64,000 nt of DNA from Desulfobacterales bacterium (GCA_040771865.1 JAXGZF010000005.1:248001-312000); one strand, 5' to 3'; positions 49,300 through 59,382 are shown, counted from the first letter of the stretch. Made by a program: numbers and translations. The notes: generated by a model not told the origin, from the sequence alone.

Positions 49300-51006
49300 C
49301 TATGTTTTCTCGATAATGATCTGCGGAGAAGAACGGCCATTCCACCGGTTGCGTTTGAGCCGGAATACGAGTTGGTCGAAACCGGGAGGAGCGGAATTTT
49401 CCGGATTGACATGAAAAGCAACGGCATCAATGATCCGGCCGCCGTTTGATCCCTGTGAAAGCGTCATGCGGCGATGGGTCTGGCCGACAATCCTGCTGGA
49501 CACCACCCTAACGTTTTTTGCTACAAAGACCGGTTCGGAATTTTCCGGTCCAAAGGGCTGGAGTTTTTCGAGGTCGATCAGAAGCGGATCACTGATGTCC
49601 TGAAATTCGAGTACGCAATCGATTCGGCCTGTAGGGATGAAGCTGTCAGGAGCGGCGGCCTTTTGTACGGCCCGGTCGAAATTGATTCGAAACCGATCGA
49701 TGTTATTTCGGTCAATGGTCAGGCCGGCAGCCTGCCGGTGTCCGCCGAAGTTTTCCAGATCCTGACGGCACTCGGACAGAATCCGGTGCAGATCGATGCC
49801 TGCAATGCTGCGGCCCGAACCTCTGGCCAATCTGTTTTCCGACACGATGAGAACGACCGGCCGGGTAAAATGTTCTGCCAGCCGCGCTGCAACAATGCCG
49901 ATGACGCCGGGATGCCAGTCGGAACCTTCCAGAACCAGACTGAATGCGCCCATCAGTGCTGGTTCGCTTTTCAGACGGGCGAGGATGTCGTCAAATACCT
50001 TTTTTTCAAATTGGCGGCGTTCAATGTTGAGGCGGTCCAGAACCGCAGCTTTCAGTCGGGCTGTTTGAAGATCCTGGGATTGAAGCAGTTCAGCCGCGGT
50101 TTTCGCATGGGCGATCCGTCCGGCTGCATTGAGCCGGGGAGCTATGCGAAAGGCGATATCTTCGGCTTCCGGATGGGCTTTGACCGAGCAAAATTCAATC
50201 AGAGCCCGAATTCCAGGACGGTTTCCGGACCCGATCACATCGAGCCCGGCCCGTGTGAGAATGCGGTTTTCCCGGATCATGGGTACAACATCGGCAATGG
50301 TTCCCAGGGCCACGAGGTCGCAACCGTCTTTCAGGTTGGGTTCGACGGAGTTGGTCCAGAAATTTGACTCGCGAAGATAAGTGCGCAGACAGGCCAGAAG
50401 ATAAAAGGCCACCCCCACGCCGGCCAGATGTTCCAGATTCGAAGAATCGTCTCTGCGTTTTGGATTGATGACGGCAAACGCGTCGGGAAGTCGTACATCC
50501 GGGTCGTGATGGTCGGTGATGATCACATCGATACCCAGGGACCTGGCGGTTTGAACAGCTTCATGGCTGGCCGAACCGCAATCCACGGTAATGATCAGAT
50601 CCGGTGGAGTTCCTCCGGCCCAGTTCAGTATATGGTCGGATTTCAGCCCGTAGCCTTCTTCGACGCGATGGGGAATATGATAGGATACCTTGGCTTTCAA
50701 GGCCTTGAGAAATTCATAGACCAGGACCGCCGACGTGATACCGTCGACATCGTAATCTCCGAATATCATGATGGATTGTTGTTTGAAAATGGCGCGGGCG
50801 ATGCGTTCAACCGCGATATCCATGTCCTTGAGGCGATGCGGAGAGCTCAGCTGACTCAATGAGGGGTGAAGAAATTGTCTGGCCGCCTCAGCATTCAGGC
50901 CGCGGTTATGCAGAAGGATAGCCAGAACGGGTGAACATTGCAGTTCCTGCGCCAGTGCATGTATTGTTTTCGGATCGACCCGGGCGGTTATCCATTGTTT
51001 GTCCAT
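49300..51006 (-). CDS. recJ: Single-stranded DNA exonuclease RecJ
   Basis: GDYDVDG, EGYG, TVDCG, TDHH, LGTIADVV, APRLNAAGR, GSGRS, FGGH; start taken at MDKQW. Confidence 0.96.
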   Translation of the reverse strand: MDKQWITARVDPKTIHALAQELQCSPVLAILLHNRGLNAEAARQFLHPSLSQLSSPHRLKDMDIAVERIARAIFKQQSIMIFGDYDVDGITSAVLVYEFLKALKAKVSYHIPHRVEEGYGLKSDHILNWAGGTPPDLIITVDCGSASHEAVQTARSLGIDVIITDHHDPDVRLPDAFAVINPKRRDDSSNLEHLAGVGVAFYLLACLRTYLRESNFWTNSVEPNLKDGCDLVALGTIADVVPMIRENRILTRAGLDVIGSGNRPGIRALIEFCSVKAHPEAEDIAFRIAPRLNAAGRIAHAKTAAELLQSQDLQTARLKAAVLDRLNIERRQFEKKVFDDILARLKSEPALMGAFSLVLEGSDWHPGVIGIVAARLAEHFTRPVVLIVSENRLARGSGRSIAGIDLHRILSECRQDLENFGGHRQAAGLTIDRNNIDRFRINFDRAVQKAAAPDSFIPTGRIDCVLEFQDISDPLLIDLEKLQPFGPENSEPVFVAKNVRVVSSRIVGQTHRRMTLSQGSNGGRIIDAVAFHVNPENSAPPGFDQLVFRLKRNRWNGRSSPQIIIEKT

Positions 51007-51190
51007 GAAAGCCCTATAACGTATTCCGGAAATTTGAGCAACACCAGGTCGTTTCAACCCCTTTATGAAATTTAAAGGCCAGGGGGAAGGTTTTGCATGA
51101 CAAGGGTCGGGACTTTTCTGTTGAACGGTCTGCTTATTGGTGTTAGGTAGAAAAAGTCGCATGTTCGGGCGGCGCGGAGAAATTGAAACA

Positions 51191-51421
51191 GTGAAAACCA
51201 TTCAAAAACACCTTCGAGTCGATAGATCCTTTATTGCATTTTTGCGGTTTGTGCTGGAAGCTTGTGACAACGTTGCCACCATGACAACCCTGGACCCGAT
51301 TCGCGGAAGTGTTGTCCTGAACATCGCGCCGGGATGCGAAGCGGAAGTGGAAGGGATTCTGAATGGACTTGAGGAACGGATCGCCATGGAACGTTCTCAG
51401 GGGGGAGGTAAGGGGTCATGA
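51191..51421 (+). CDS. DUF4911-like small protein
   Basis: LRVDRSFIAFLRFVLEACDNVATMTTLDP...APGCE pattern; GTG start after GGAG; ATGA overlap with next gene. Confidence 0.65.
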   Translation: MKTIQKHLRVDRSFIAFLRFVLEACDNVATMTTLDPIRGSVVLNIAPGCEAEVEGILNGLEERIAMERSQGGGKGS

Positions 51422-51843
51422 AGAAGATCGGCTATTGGGTTGCGGCCTTGGCCATGTGCTGCATGTTGATGGGAATGGGAAACATCGGCGGCGACTCGGG
51501 GGTGATCAAGATTGCCGAACCTGAAAAAAATTTCAAGGTCAGGCTGGTGGATCAGGAGGATGTTTCCGTTGTCCTGGAGCAGTTTTCCTGCCAGGGCCAG
51601 ATTTATTTTCCCGGAAAGCGCGGCAAGGCCGAGATATCGATTGAGTTCGAACGGATTGCCCGGGTGGATTTTTTTCTCAAAGACCGGGAACTGTATGCCG
51701 ATGTCGCCTTAAAGGACGGCGGCAGGGTCGAGATGATCGTGGACCGGGATCGTCCATGTCTGGGAAAGGCTGAGTTCGCCAACGTAAAGATCCGCATGGA
51801 GGATGTCAAGCAGGTCGTTTTCCTTCAGCAGGTGATCGATTAA
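51418..51843 (+). CDS. Hypothetical exported protein
   Basis: Signal-like N-terminus MKKIGYWVAALAMCCMLMGMG; RBS GGAGG; coupled to neighbours. Confidence 0.75.
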   Translation: MKKIGYWVAALAMCCMLMGMGNIGGDSGVIKIAEPEKNFKVRLVDQEDVSVVLEQFSCQGQIYFPGKRGKAEISIEFERIARVDFFLKDRELYADVALKDGGRVEMIVDRDRPCLGKAEFANVKIRMEDVKQVVFLQQVID

Positions 51844-51847
51844 ATAT

Positions 51848-53242
51848 ATGTACAAGCGCCTTTATATTCACACCATCGGCTGCCAGATGAACGTTTACGA
51901 TTCACAGCAGATCGCACGCCTTCTCAAGCCTTTGGGTTACGAAACCGCATCGACGGAGGACGATGCGGATCTGATTGTCATCAATAGCTGCTCGGTTCGG
52001 GAAAAGGCTGAACAAAAGGCTTTCAGCCTTCTGGGGCGCCTGGCCTCGGTGAAGCAAAAAAAGCCCGGAATAATCATTGCCTTTGGCGGATGCGTGGCCC
52101 AGCAGGCAGGGGAGACCGTGTTTTCCCGAGCCCCTCATGTGGACCTGGTTTTCGGAACTCAGGCCGTGAACCGAATCGCCGGACTGATTGAAGCGGTACA
52201 GAACGACCGGCGTCCTGTGGTGGATATTTCATTTCACGAAAAACCATTCGGTGGTTCATTTTCTGCGGAAATACAGGAGGCTCGGTCAGGACCCTGCCGT
52301 TTTGTCACCATCATGAGAGGATGCGATAATTTTTGCACCTATTGCATCGTACCCTATGTGCGGGGGCGGGAAGTCAGTCGAACGCCCGATGAGATCCTTT
52401 CCGAGATCCGGTCCCTGGTACGCTGCGGCGCCCGAGAGGTTACGCTGCTGGGTCAGAATGTCAACAGCTACGGGAGAAAGGACGGCTTGTGCTCTTTTGC
52501 TGCGCTGCTGGAAGCAGTCAACAATATCGACGATCTCTGGCGTATCCGTTTTACCACCTCTCATCCCAAGGACCTTTCCGTAGACTTGATGCGGTGTTTT
52601 GGCCGTCTTGAAAAACTCTGTCCTCATATCCATCTTCCATTCCAGGCCGGATCGGACCGGATTTTAAAACGCATGAACCGCAGGTACACGAGAGACCAGT
52701 ATCTTGAGAAAATCGAACGGCTGAGGGATTTCTGCCCGGATATCGCCCTGAGTTCGGATATTATTGTGGGCTTTCCAGGCGAGACAGATGCAGATTTTCG
52801 GCAGACTCTGGACCTGATGCGCCGGGTTCAGTATGACAGCGTCTTCGCCTTCAAGTATTCGGATCGTCCCGGTGTGCCGGCGGTGGAGCTGGCCGGCAAG
52901 TTGAATGATGTGGAAAAAGGGGCACGCCTGACCGAACTGCTGGACCTGCAAAGAACGATAACCCTCTCCAGGCACCAGGCCCTGCTTGGAACCCTTCAGC
53001 CGGTGCTGGTCGAAGGCCCGGGGAAAAAACAGAATATCGCAGGGATGCAGTGGACAGGACGGACGCCGTGCAACAAGGTGGTGAATTTTTCAGGTTGCGG
53101 TTCCTGCAATTATACCGGGACGATGCCGCTAGTACGAATCGATAAGGCGTTCGCCCATTCGCTTCGGGGAGAGATTGCTCAGACCTGTCCGGCCGATGGA
53201 CGTGAAAGGAGCGTTGAAAAATGTTGCAGCGAATGCGCATAG
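51848..53242 (+). CDS. miaB: tRNA-i6A37 methylthiotransferase MiaB
   Basis: TIGCQMNVYDS, NSCSVREKAE, GCDNFCTYCIVPYVRGRE, RIRFTTSHP, DIIVGFPGET, TRAM domain. Confidence 0.96.
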   Translation: MYKRLYIHTIGCQMNVYDSQQIARLLKPLGYETASTEDDADLIVINSCSVREKAEQKAFSLLGRLASVKQKKPGIIIAFGGCVAQQAGETVFSRAPHVDLVFGTQAVNRIAGLIEAVQNDRRPVVDISFHEKPFGGSFSAEIQEARSGPCRFVTIMRGCDNFCTYCIVPYVRGREVSRTPDEILSEIRSLVRCGAREVTLLGQNVNSYGRKDGLCSFAALLEAVNNIDDLWRIRFTTSHPKDLSVDLMRCFGRLEKLCPHIHLPFQAGSDRILKRMNRRYTRDQYLEKIERLRDFCPDIALSSDIIVGFPGETDADFRQTLDLMRRVQYDSVFAFKYSDRPGVPAVELAGKLNDVEKGARLTELLDLQRTITLSRHQALLGTLQPVLVEGPGKKQNIAGMQWTGRTPCNKVVNFSGCGSCNYTGTMPLVRIDKAFAHSLRGEIAQTCPADGRERSVEKCCSECA

Positions 53243-53715
53243 CCGGGCTGACCCTTGACCCGGACTCCAATACGCCGATCGTGATTCTGAGAGCCATCGA
53301 GGATGATCGCACGCTGAACATCTGGATCGGCCTGATGGAGGCCACTTCAATTGCGGCGGCCCTTCAGAATATCAGCTTCGAAAGGCCCATGACGCACGAC
53401 CTTTTCAAGAACTTTCTGGATCTGCATCATTTCCAGATCGCCATGGTCGAAGTCTGCGATATTCAGGACAATACCTTTTATGCCAGAATACACTTTTCCC
53501 AGGGCGAGGAACGGTTCAGCATGGATGCGCGTCCAAGCGACGCCATTGCGATGGCTCTGCGCTTTCACTGCCCGATCTGTGTGGATGACAGCGTGCTGGA
53601 AAAGGTGAAATCGGGAACCGAGGGTGAGCCGGCGGACAAAAGCAAGGATGGCGAGAAATGGGCCGAATACCTGAAAAACCTTTCCGCGGATGATTTCGGC
53701 AAGTACAAGATCTGA
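53221..53715 (+). CDS. Bifunctional nuclease family protein (DUF151)
   Basis: PIVIL, IWIG..EA, RPMTHDL, FYA, DARPSDAIAMALR. Confidence 0.92.
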   Translation: MLQRMRIAGLTLDPDSNTPIVILRAIEDDRTLNIWIGLMEATSIAAALQNISFERPMTHDLFKNFLDLHHFQIAMVEVCDIQDNTFYARIHFSQGEERFSMDARPSDAIAMALRFHCPICVDDSVLEKVKSGTEGEPADKSKDGEKWAEYLKNLSADDFGKYKI

Positions 53716-53775
53716 AACGCTTGCGCTTATTCGTTTATTTGAAGAGGCGGCAACGATTCCTCATCGACAGACCGA

Positions 53776-54099
53776 CTACCCGATGATCTTCAACCCCACT
53801 GTAAAATGCCCTTTGTATTTTCCTGCATCGATTTTTGTGATGTGCTTGATCTGAGTTTTGATTTCAACAGGAGGGCCGGGTTTCTGGGCGAGATATTTCA
53901 TGTTCAGGATGTCGCCCACTTTGATATGGTTCACGATGTCGGAGCTTTGCTGAACAAGTATACCCATGCCTGTCTCGGACAGTTGCCGCAATGGAAACAG
54001 ATAAATAGAAGAAAGCCCGGCTATTGAAATTTCAACGCTTTTAAACGGATCGGCCGATACCCGTGGCTCGGATCTGCGTTCAGCTGAATTGTCTTTCAC
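53776..54099 (-). CDS. Stand-alone PilZ domain protein
   Basis: ERRSEPR (RxxxR), QLSETGMG, C-terminal VGLKI. Confidence 0.75.
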   Translation of the reverse strand: MKDNSAERRSEPRVSADPFKSVEISIAGLSSIYLFPLRQLSETGMGILVQQSSDIVNHIKVGDILNMKYLAQKPGPPVEIKTQIKHITKIDAGKYKGHFTVGLKIIG

Positions 54100-54241
54100 G
54101 ATAAGCGCCGTGTTCCAATCGTATAGTTCGAAAACAGAGCAGGTGTATTTTTATATAACAAAATAGCCATGTCAATCCACTTGAATGCGACTGTTTGAAT
54201 ACAGGCACTCCTTGATCGGCTAGGGATGGCGAAAGCCCATT

Positions 54242-54526
54242 TTATTCTTTAACAAAGATGCCGAGAAAAATCAGCAAGCCGCCAAGAACGAGAAGCAGCA
54301 GGTATAGGGGCATTGTTACAATATAGTTGAGTCCGGCTTGAATCTGTTCCCAGGGTATGCTCTGGATCCAGCTCATGTTGTCCGCGCCTGCCATATCGGT
54401 GAGTGATATGTCGTTCCAGTTTCCTGTTTCGCCCATCAGCATGGATAACGCCTGAAAACCAATCAGAACAATACTGCCCAGCCATGAGAGAAACCCAAAC
54501 CCGGTCATCTTATTCATCTTTGCCAA
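54242..54526 (-). CDS. Hypothetical two-TM membrane protein
   Basis: Two hydrophobic segments; fills the gap between PilZ and DUF1992 genes; start uncertain. Confidence 0.65.
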   Translation of the reverse strand: MAKMNKMTGFGFLSWLGSIVLIGFQALSMLMGETGNWNDISLTDMAGADNMSWIQSIPWEQIQAGLNYIVTMPLYLLLLVLGGLLIFLGIFVKE

Positions 54527-54782
54527 CCTTGTTGAGAAAATTATATTTGAAGTTGCCTAATATGAAGAACTTTTTATCACTTACAGCTGAATGATTCGAT
54601 TTGCAAGTAATTCTTTGAAGCCTGTTGTAGAAGTCGATTTTTCGAACTGTCCTTATGGTTTCCTGAAGAACTATTCCAGAAGAGGTCATACCCTCGGCAA
54701 CACAATATTAGTGCTTGAAAAGGATAGGAGGATTGTATAAATTAAGGTCGATTTCGAAGAATTATTATTTTGAGAAAGTGTC

Positions 54783-55166
54783 ATGCTGACAGGTTTTGAA
54801 AAAATTGTCGAAGAAAGAATACGGGCGGCGCAGCAACGGGGTGAATTTGAAAACCTCAGCGGCGCCGGCAAGCCTTTGGCTTTGGAAGACGATAGCCTGA
54901 TTCCGGAAGAAATCCGGCTGGCATATAAAATATTGAAGAATGCCGACTGCCTTCCACCGGAAATCGAGCTTAAGAAGCAGATCGTTCAAACTGAGGAACT
55001 TCTCGCCGGAATGGAAGAAACGGTTGAGAAATACCGCACCCTCAAAAAGTTGAATTTGTTGATATTGAAGCTCAATGCCATGCGTTCAGTTTCGATATCA
55101 TTTGATATGCCTCAACGCTATGAGCAAAAACTCGTGGAGCGATTTGGTAAAAAAGACCGCCGCTGA
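54783..55166 (+). CDS. DUF1992 (DnaJ-C28-like) protein
   Basis: IVEERIRAAQQRGEFENLSGAGKPL, RLAYKILKNADCLPPEIEL. Confidence 0.9.
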   Translation: MLTGFEKIVEERIRAAQQRGEFENLSGAGKPLALEDDSLIPEEIRLAYKILKNADCLPPEIELKKQIVQTEELLAGMEETVEKYRTLKKLNLLILKLNAMRSVSISFDMPQRYEQKLVERFGKKDRR

Positions 55167-55201
55167 CCTGAGGGCCTCATATTGGATTTTTGATATATTC
55201 A

Positions 55202-55702
55202 ATGCGCAAAGAACAACCGACCGAAAGCTATAACAAGGAAGGCAGCGGGCTTTTTAAAAGCGTTTCGATGGCCTTTGTCATATTGATCCTTCATGTAATT
55301 CTGATCATTGCGATCGGCTTGCTGATCCTCTTTTTCAAAGGCTTTGTCAATTACATGGTATGGATTTTTCTGGGCGTTTCCGCCGTTATTTTTTTGGCAA
55401 CCTACCTGTTTTATCGCCGGATCAAGTCGGAGGGCCGTTCGATTCGGGAAACATTGAATTCCCCCATGTTCCAGGGCCGTCCTGTTGAAGTCAGTTTTCT
55501 GGGAGGAGTGGCTTCGATTCGTGTCGGTGCTCCATCGACTCTGCCGGCGCTGGAAGCCCAGAACTATTCCCATCCGCTTCAACTCGAGGATCCGACAACG
55601 GTTCGCATCAGAGAACTTACCGAACTTTCCCACCTTTTAGAAAAAGGGCTGATTACCCTTGAGGAATTTAATCAGGCAAAGGGGAAATTGTTTCATGAAT
55701 GA
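55202..55702 (+). CDS. Membrane protein with C-terminal SHOCT domain
   Basis: Two TM helices; ELTELSHLLEKGLITLEEFNQAKGKL. Confidence 0.8.
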   Translation: MRKEQPTESYNKEGSGLFKSVSMAFVILILHVILIIAIGLLILFFKGFVNYMVWIFLGVSAVIFLATYLFYRRIKSEGRSIRETLNSPMFQGRPVEVSFLGGVASIRVGAPSTLPALEAQNYSHPLQLEDPTTVRIRELTELSHLLEKGLITLEEFNQAKGKLFHE

Positions 55703-55737
55703 AGATCACATTTGATTTGGTCTGAAGGTTGGATTCC

Positions 55738-56679
55738 ATGAAAAAACTTACCGTGGCAGTTCTTTCCGGCGGCAGATCGTCGGAGCGAGAGGTATCCTTA
55801 AAAAGCGGCGACCAGGTATTTGAAGCGCTCGATAAGCAGCGGTACCGGGTCCTTCGATACGACCCCAGCACGGATTTGAACCAGCTTGTCGCCGATGCCG
55901 GGCGAATCGATGTGGCACTGATCATTCTTCACGGAATTCATGGCGAAGACGGGACGGTGCAGGGGTTGCTGGATCTACTGGATATTCCCTATCAGGGCTC
56001 GGGCGTTATCGGCAGCGCCATCGGCATGAATAAGCTGGCATCCAAGCGGCTTTACGATCAGATGGGGCTTCCAACGCCCCCTTATATCGCCGTCCATCGA
56101 AAGGATCCGCCCGATATCGCGTCCATAGGATCACGGCTTGGATTTCCGCTTGTGGTCAAACCCGTTAACGGGGGTTCAAGCATCGGCATGTCCATTGTAA
56201 AATCCGAAGCCGATCTGCTGGAGGCGCTTGAAACCGCTTGGCGGCATGATGATGCCGTTCTGCTTGAATCCTTTGTTAAAGGTGTTGAATTGACCGGAGG
56301 TGTCCTGGGCAATGATGAACTGCTGGCGCTGCCGATCGTGGAAATTCTGCCCGGAGAAGGGTATGAGTTTTTTGATTTCCAGGCCAAATATACGCCCGGA
56401 GCCAGTCGTGAGATTTGCCCGGCGCGGATCGACGAAGCTCTAACAGAAAAGGCGCAGACCTATGCCAAAATGGCCCATCAGGCCCTGTTCTGCAGGGGGT
56501 ACAGCCGAACTGATATGATTCTGTGCGATCGTGATATCTATGTGCTGGAAACTAATACCATCCCCGGCATGACGCCGACCAGTCTGTTTCCGCTGGCGGC
56601 CAGGACCGCCGGCATCTCGTTTCCCGAACTTCTGGACACGCTGATAGATCTGAGCATTCAGACCCATAAGGATCGATAA
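55738..56679 (+). CDS. ddl: D-alanine--D-alanine ligase
   Basis: GGRSSEREVSLKSG, LHGIHGEDG, VVKPVNGGSSIG, FDFQAKY, LETNTIPGMT. Confidence 0.96.
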   Translation: MKKLTVAVLSGGRSSEREVSLKSGDQVFEALDKQRYRVLRYDPSTDLNQLVADAGRIDVALIILHGIHGEDGTVQGLLDLLDIPYQGSGVIGSAIGMNKLASKRLYDQMGLPTPPYIAVHRKDPPDIASIGSRLGFPLVVKPVNGGSSIGMSIVKSEADLLEALETAWRHDDAVLLESFVKGVELTGGVLGNDELLALPIVEILPGEGYEFFDFQAKYTPGASREICPARIDEALTEKAQTYAKMAHQALFCRGYSRTDMILCDRDIYVLETNTIPGMTPTSLFPLAARTAGISFPELLDTLIDLSIQTHKDR

Positions 56680-56761
56680 GACATATTTCCAGTAAAGACA
56701 GCAATCTCAGCGGTTTCGCTTTCCGGACAGCCGGAAAAGCCCGCCAGGAAATGGAGGTCGA

Positions 56762-58531
56762 ATGAGAGTCTTGGTAATAGGCGGTGGTGGAAGAGAGCAC
56801 GCGCTGGTATGGAAAATCGCACAAAGCCCCAGGGTCAAAAAGATATTCTGCGCGCCAGGAAACGCCGGAATTGCTGACTTGGCCGTTTGTGTTCCCATTG
56901 CGGCGGAAGATGTGGATGCCCTGTTGGCCTTTGCAAAGGAAAACAGAATCGATCTGACGGTGGTCGGGCCCGAGGCGCCGCTGGCCATGGGAATTGTCGA
57001 TCGGTTTGAAGCTGCCGGCCTGAGGATTTTCGGGTCGAGCCGAAGGGCCGCCGAGCTGGAGTCCAGCAAGTCCTTTTCAAAATACATCATGACCCAGTAC
57101 GGAATTCCGACGGCCCAGGGTCAGACATTTACCAGCTATCGCAAGGCCCAGGCCTGTATTCGAAAGATGGGGGCGCCCATCGTGGTCAAGGCCGACGGTC
57201 TTGCGGCCGGAAAGGGGGTGATTGTCTGCGCTTCCGAAACCGAGGCGCTGGAAGCCCTGAAAAGCATCATGATCGATCAGAGTTTTGGAGATGCGGGCAA
57301 AAAGGTGGTGATCGAGGAATGTCTGACCGGAGAAGAAGCCTCTTTCCTTGCCTTTTCCGACGGTAAAACCGTGTTGCCGCTTCCTTCCTCTCAGGACCAC
57401 AAGCCCGTTTATGACGACGATAAAGGCCCCAACACCGGTGGAATGGGCGCATATTCCCCTGCCCCGCTTGTGGATCGCTACATGCACGACCGGATCATGA
57501 AAGAGGTGATGATTCCGACCGTGCGGGCCATGGCGGCTGAAGGGCGGCCTTACAAGGGAATTCTGTATGCCGGATTGATGATTTCCGAGGACCGGATCAA
57601 GGTGCTTGAATACAATTGCCGATTTGGAGATCCGGAGGCACAGCCGCTTCTCATGCGCGTCAAAAACGATATCGTTCCTTTAATGGAGGCCGTGATCGAT
57701 GAGCGGTTGGAGCAATGCCGTCTGGAGCTCGATGAGCGAGCTTCGGTATGCGTGGTGATGGCCTCGGGCGGGTATCCAACTGCTTACGCAAAGGGAATGC
57801 CGATCTCGGGCCTCAAGGAGGCCCGGAAAATTCGCGATGCGATGGTGTTTCACGCCGGAACCAGGCTTGACGGGGACTCCGTGGTAACCAGCGGAGGCCG
57901 AGTTCTCGGCGTCACCGCTCTGGGAGATACGGTTGAAGAAGCCATCTCAAAGGCATACGCCGCCGTTTCAAAGATACAATGGGACAAAGTCCACTATCGA
58001 AGAGATATCGGACGTAAAGCGTTGCGCCGGTTGAACCGGAAACCGCTGGCAAGCATCGTTATGGGAAGCGATTCGGATTTCAGCGTCATGAGCGAGTCCG
58101 TGGCGGTCCTCAAAAAATTCAACATTCCCTTTGAGCTTCATGTGGCATCGGCACACCGTACGCCGCGCAGAGCCGCCCATCTGGCTGAAACAGCCTCAGA
58201 TCGCGGGGTTCGAGTCATCATCGCCGGCGCCGGTCATGCGGCCCACCTGGCCGGCGTGCTGGCGTCCCATGCCGCAGTTCCTGTGATCGGCGTGCCGATC
58301 GATTCCTCTTCCCTCAACGGACTGGATGCGCTGCTTTCGACCGTACAGATGCCCGCCGGCGTTCCGGTGGCCACTGTATCGATCGGAAAAGCCGGAGCGA
58401 GAAATGCCGGCATTCTGGCGGCACAGATTCTTGCCCTGTCCGATCCGGAACTGGCGCAAAAGCTCAAGGGATTTAAAGAAGAACTCGTGAAAAGCGTTGA
58501 ACGGAAAGACAAAGAACTTAAAGCATTCTGA
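56762..58531 (+). CDS. purD: Fused phosphoribosylamine--glycine ligase / N5-CAIR mutase (PurD-PurE)
   Basis: GGGGREHAL, KADGLAAGKGV, GPNTGGMGAY, EYNCRFGDPE, then in frame IVMGSDSD, SAHRTP, AGHAAHLAG, STVQMPAGVPVA. Confidence 0.95.
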   Translation: MRVLVIGGGGREHALVWKIAQSPRVKKIFCAPGNAGIADLAVCVPIAAEDVDALLAFAKENRIDLTVVGPEAPLAMGIVDRFEAAGLRIFGSSRRAAELESSKSFSKYIMTQYGIPTAQGQTFTSYRKAQACIRKMGAPIVVKADGLAAGKGVIVCASETEALEALKSIMIDQSFGDAGKKVVIEECLTGEEASFLAFSDGKTVLPLPSSQDHKPVYDDDKGPNTGGMGAYSPAPLVDRYMHDRIMKEVMIPTVRAMAAEGRPYKGILYAGLMISEDRIKVLEYNCRFGDPEAQPLLMRVKNDIVPLMEAVIDERLEQCRLELDERASVCVVMASGGYPTAYAKGMPISGLKEARKIRDAMVFHAGTRLDGDSVVTSGGRVLGVTALGDTVEEAISKAYAAVSKIQWDKVHYRRDIGRKALRRLNRKPLASIVMGSDSDFSVMSESVAVLKKFNIPFELHVASAHRTPRRAAHLAETASDRGVRVIIAGAGHAAHLAGVLASHAAVPVIGVPIDSSSLNGLDALLSTVQMPAGVPVATVSIGKAGARNAGILAAQILALSDPELAQKLKGFKEELVKSVERKDKELKAF

Positions 58532-59162
58532 TAAGATATGTACAATTGATCCTGTCAGTCCGCAGACGGATCTGATCCGGCAGGCTGCAGACCGCATTCT
58601 TCGGGGGGGCGTGGTGGTTTTTCCGACAACCGGTTTGTACGGCCTGGGTTCCGATGCCCTGAATGCGCAGGCGGTTTCGAAGATTTTTGCGATGAAGGGC
58701 CGGTCTGAGGCCAAACCGATACTGGTGCTGATATCCGGAATGGATATGCTGGAACTTCTGGTGAGTCATGTGCCGCCGCCGGCGCGCAAAATTATGGACG
58801 CCTTCTGGCCCGGAGGCGTGACGATTGTTCTGAAAGCAACCCCAGGGCTTCCCGCCAATTTGACCGCCGGCACCGGAAAAATCGGGGTGCGTGTGCCGGC
58901 CCATCCCGTGGCGGCGGCTTTGGTGCAGGCTGCCGGCATTCCCATAACAGGTACCAGCGCCAATATTTCCGGATCAGGGGGCTGTTCAAGGATTTCCGAG
59001 ATTAATCCTCTGCTTGCCGATTTAGTAGACATGATTCTGGATGCCGGCCCTTTGAAGGGTGGTGCAGGCTCTACCGTTGTGGATGTAAGCTCGGGTAAAG
59101 CCCACGTTCTTCGGGAAGGCGCAGTTCGGAACGAAGATATTTTTGCGGCGCTTGTACCATGA
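58497..59162 (+). CDS. tsaC: L-threonylcarbamoyladenylate synthase (TsaC/YrdC)
   Basis: GGVVVFPT..LYGLG, KGR, FWPG, IGVRVP, TSANISG, STVVD, LREG; start uncertain. Confidence 0.88.
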   Translation: MNGKTKNLKHSDKICTIDPVSPQTDLIRQAADRILRGGVVVFPTTGLYGLGSDALNAQAVSKIFAMKGRSEAKPILVLISGMDMLELLVSHVPPPARKIMDAFWPGGVTIVLKATPGLPANLTAGTGKIGVRVPAHPVAAALVQAAGIPITGTSANISGSGGCSRISEINPLLADLVDMILDAGPLKGGAGSTVVDVSSGKAHVLREGAVRNEDIFAALVP

Positions 59163-59209
59163 GGGGTGGGCTGCGGTTTGATGAAACCGTCAAACGAAAA
59201 CCAATTGTA

Positions 59210-59239
59210 TTGACAAACCAGCGGGGTTTTGCTTATAAA
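59210..59239 (+). promoter_or_regulatory. Sigma70 promoter of tRNA-Leu
   Basis: TTGACA-N18-TATAAA just upstream of the tRNA. Confidence 0.75.
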
Positions 59240-59252
59240 ACTGAGAAATTAA

Positions 59253-59339
59253 GCCGGAGTGGTGAAACTGGTAGACGCAGAGGACTCAAAATCCTCCGCC
59301 CGCAAGGGCATGTCGGTTCGATTCCGACCTCCGGCACCA
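59253..59339 (+). tRNA. tRNA-Leu (anticodon CAA)
   Basis: Acceptor GCCGGAG/CTCCGGC-ACCA, D loop TGGTAGAC, anticodon arm GAGGA-CTCAAAA-TCCTC, long variable arm, T arm GTTCGATTC; 87 nt with encoded CCA. Confidence 0.97.
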
Positions 59340-59345
59340 GATATT

Positions 59346-59382
59346 CAAAAAGGGACAGCATGTTGAAGGATGTCCCTTTTTG
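59346..59382. terminator. Bidirectional intrinsic terminator
   Basis: CAAAAAGGGACA...TGTCCCTTTTTG 12-bp inverted repeat between the tRNA and the convergent MBL gene. Confidence 0.8.

Noticed and set aside
55738..56679. ddl as a D-Ala-D-Lac (Van-type) ligase
   Set aside because: Omega loop FDFQAKY retains the Tyr typical of D-Ala-D-Ala ligases; no van genes nearby
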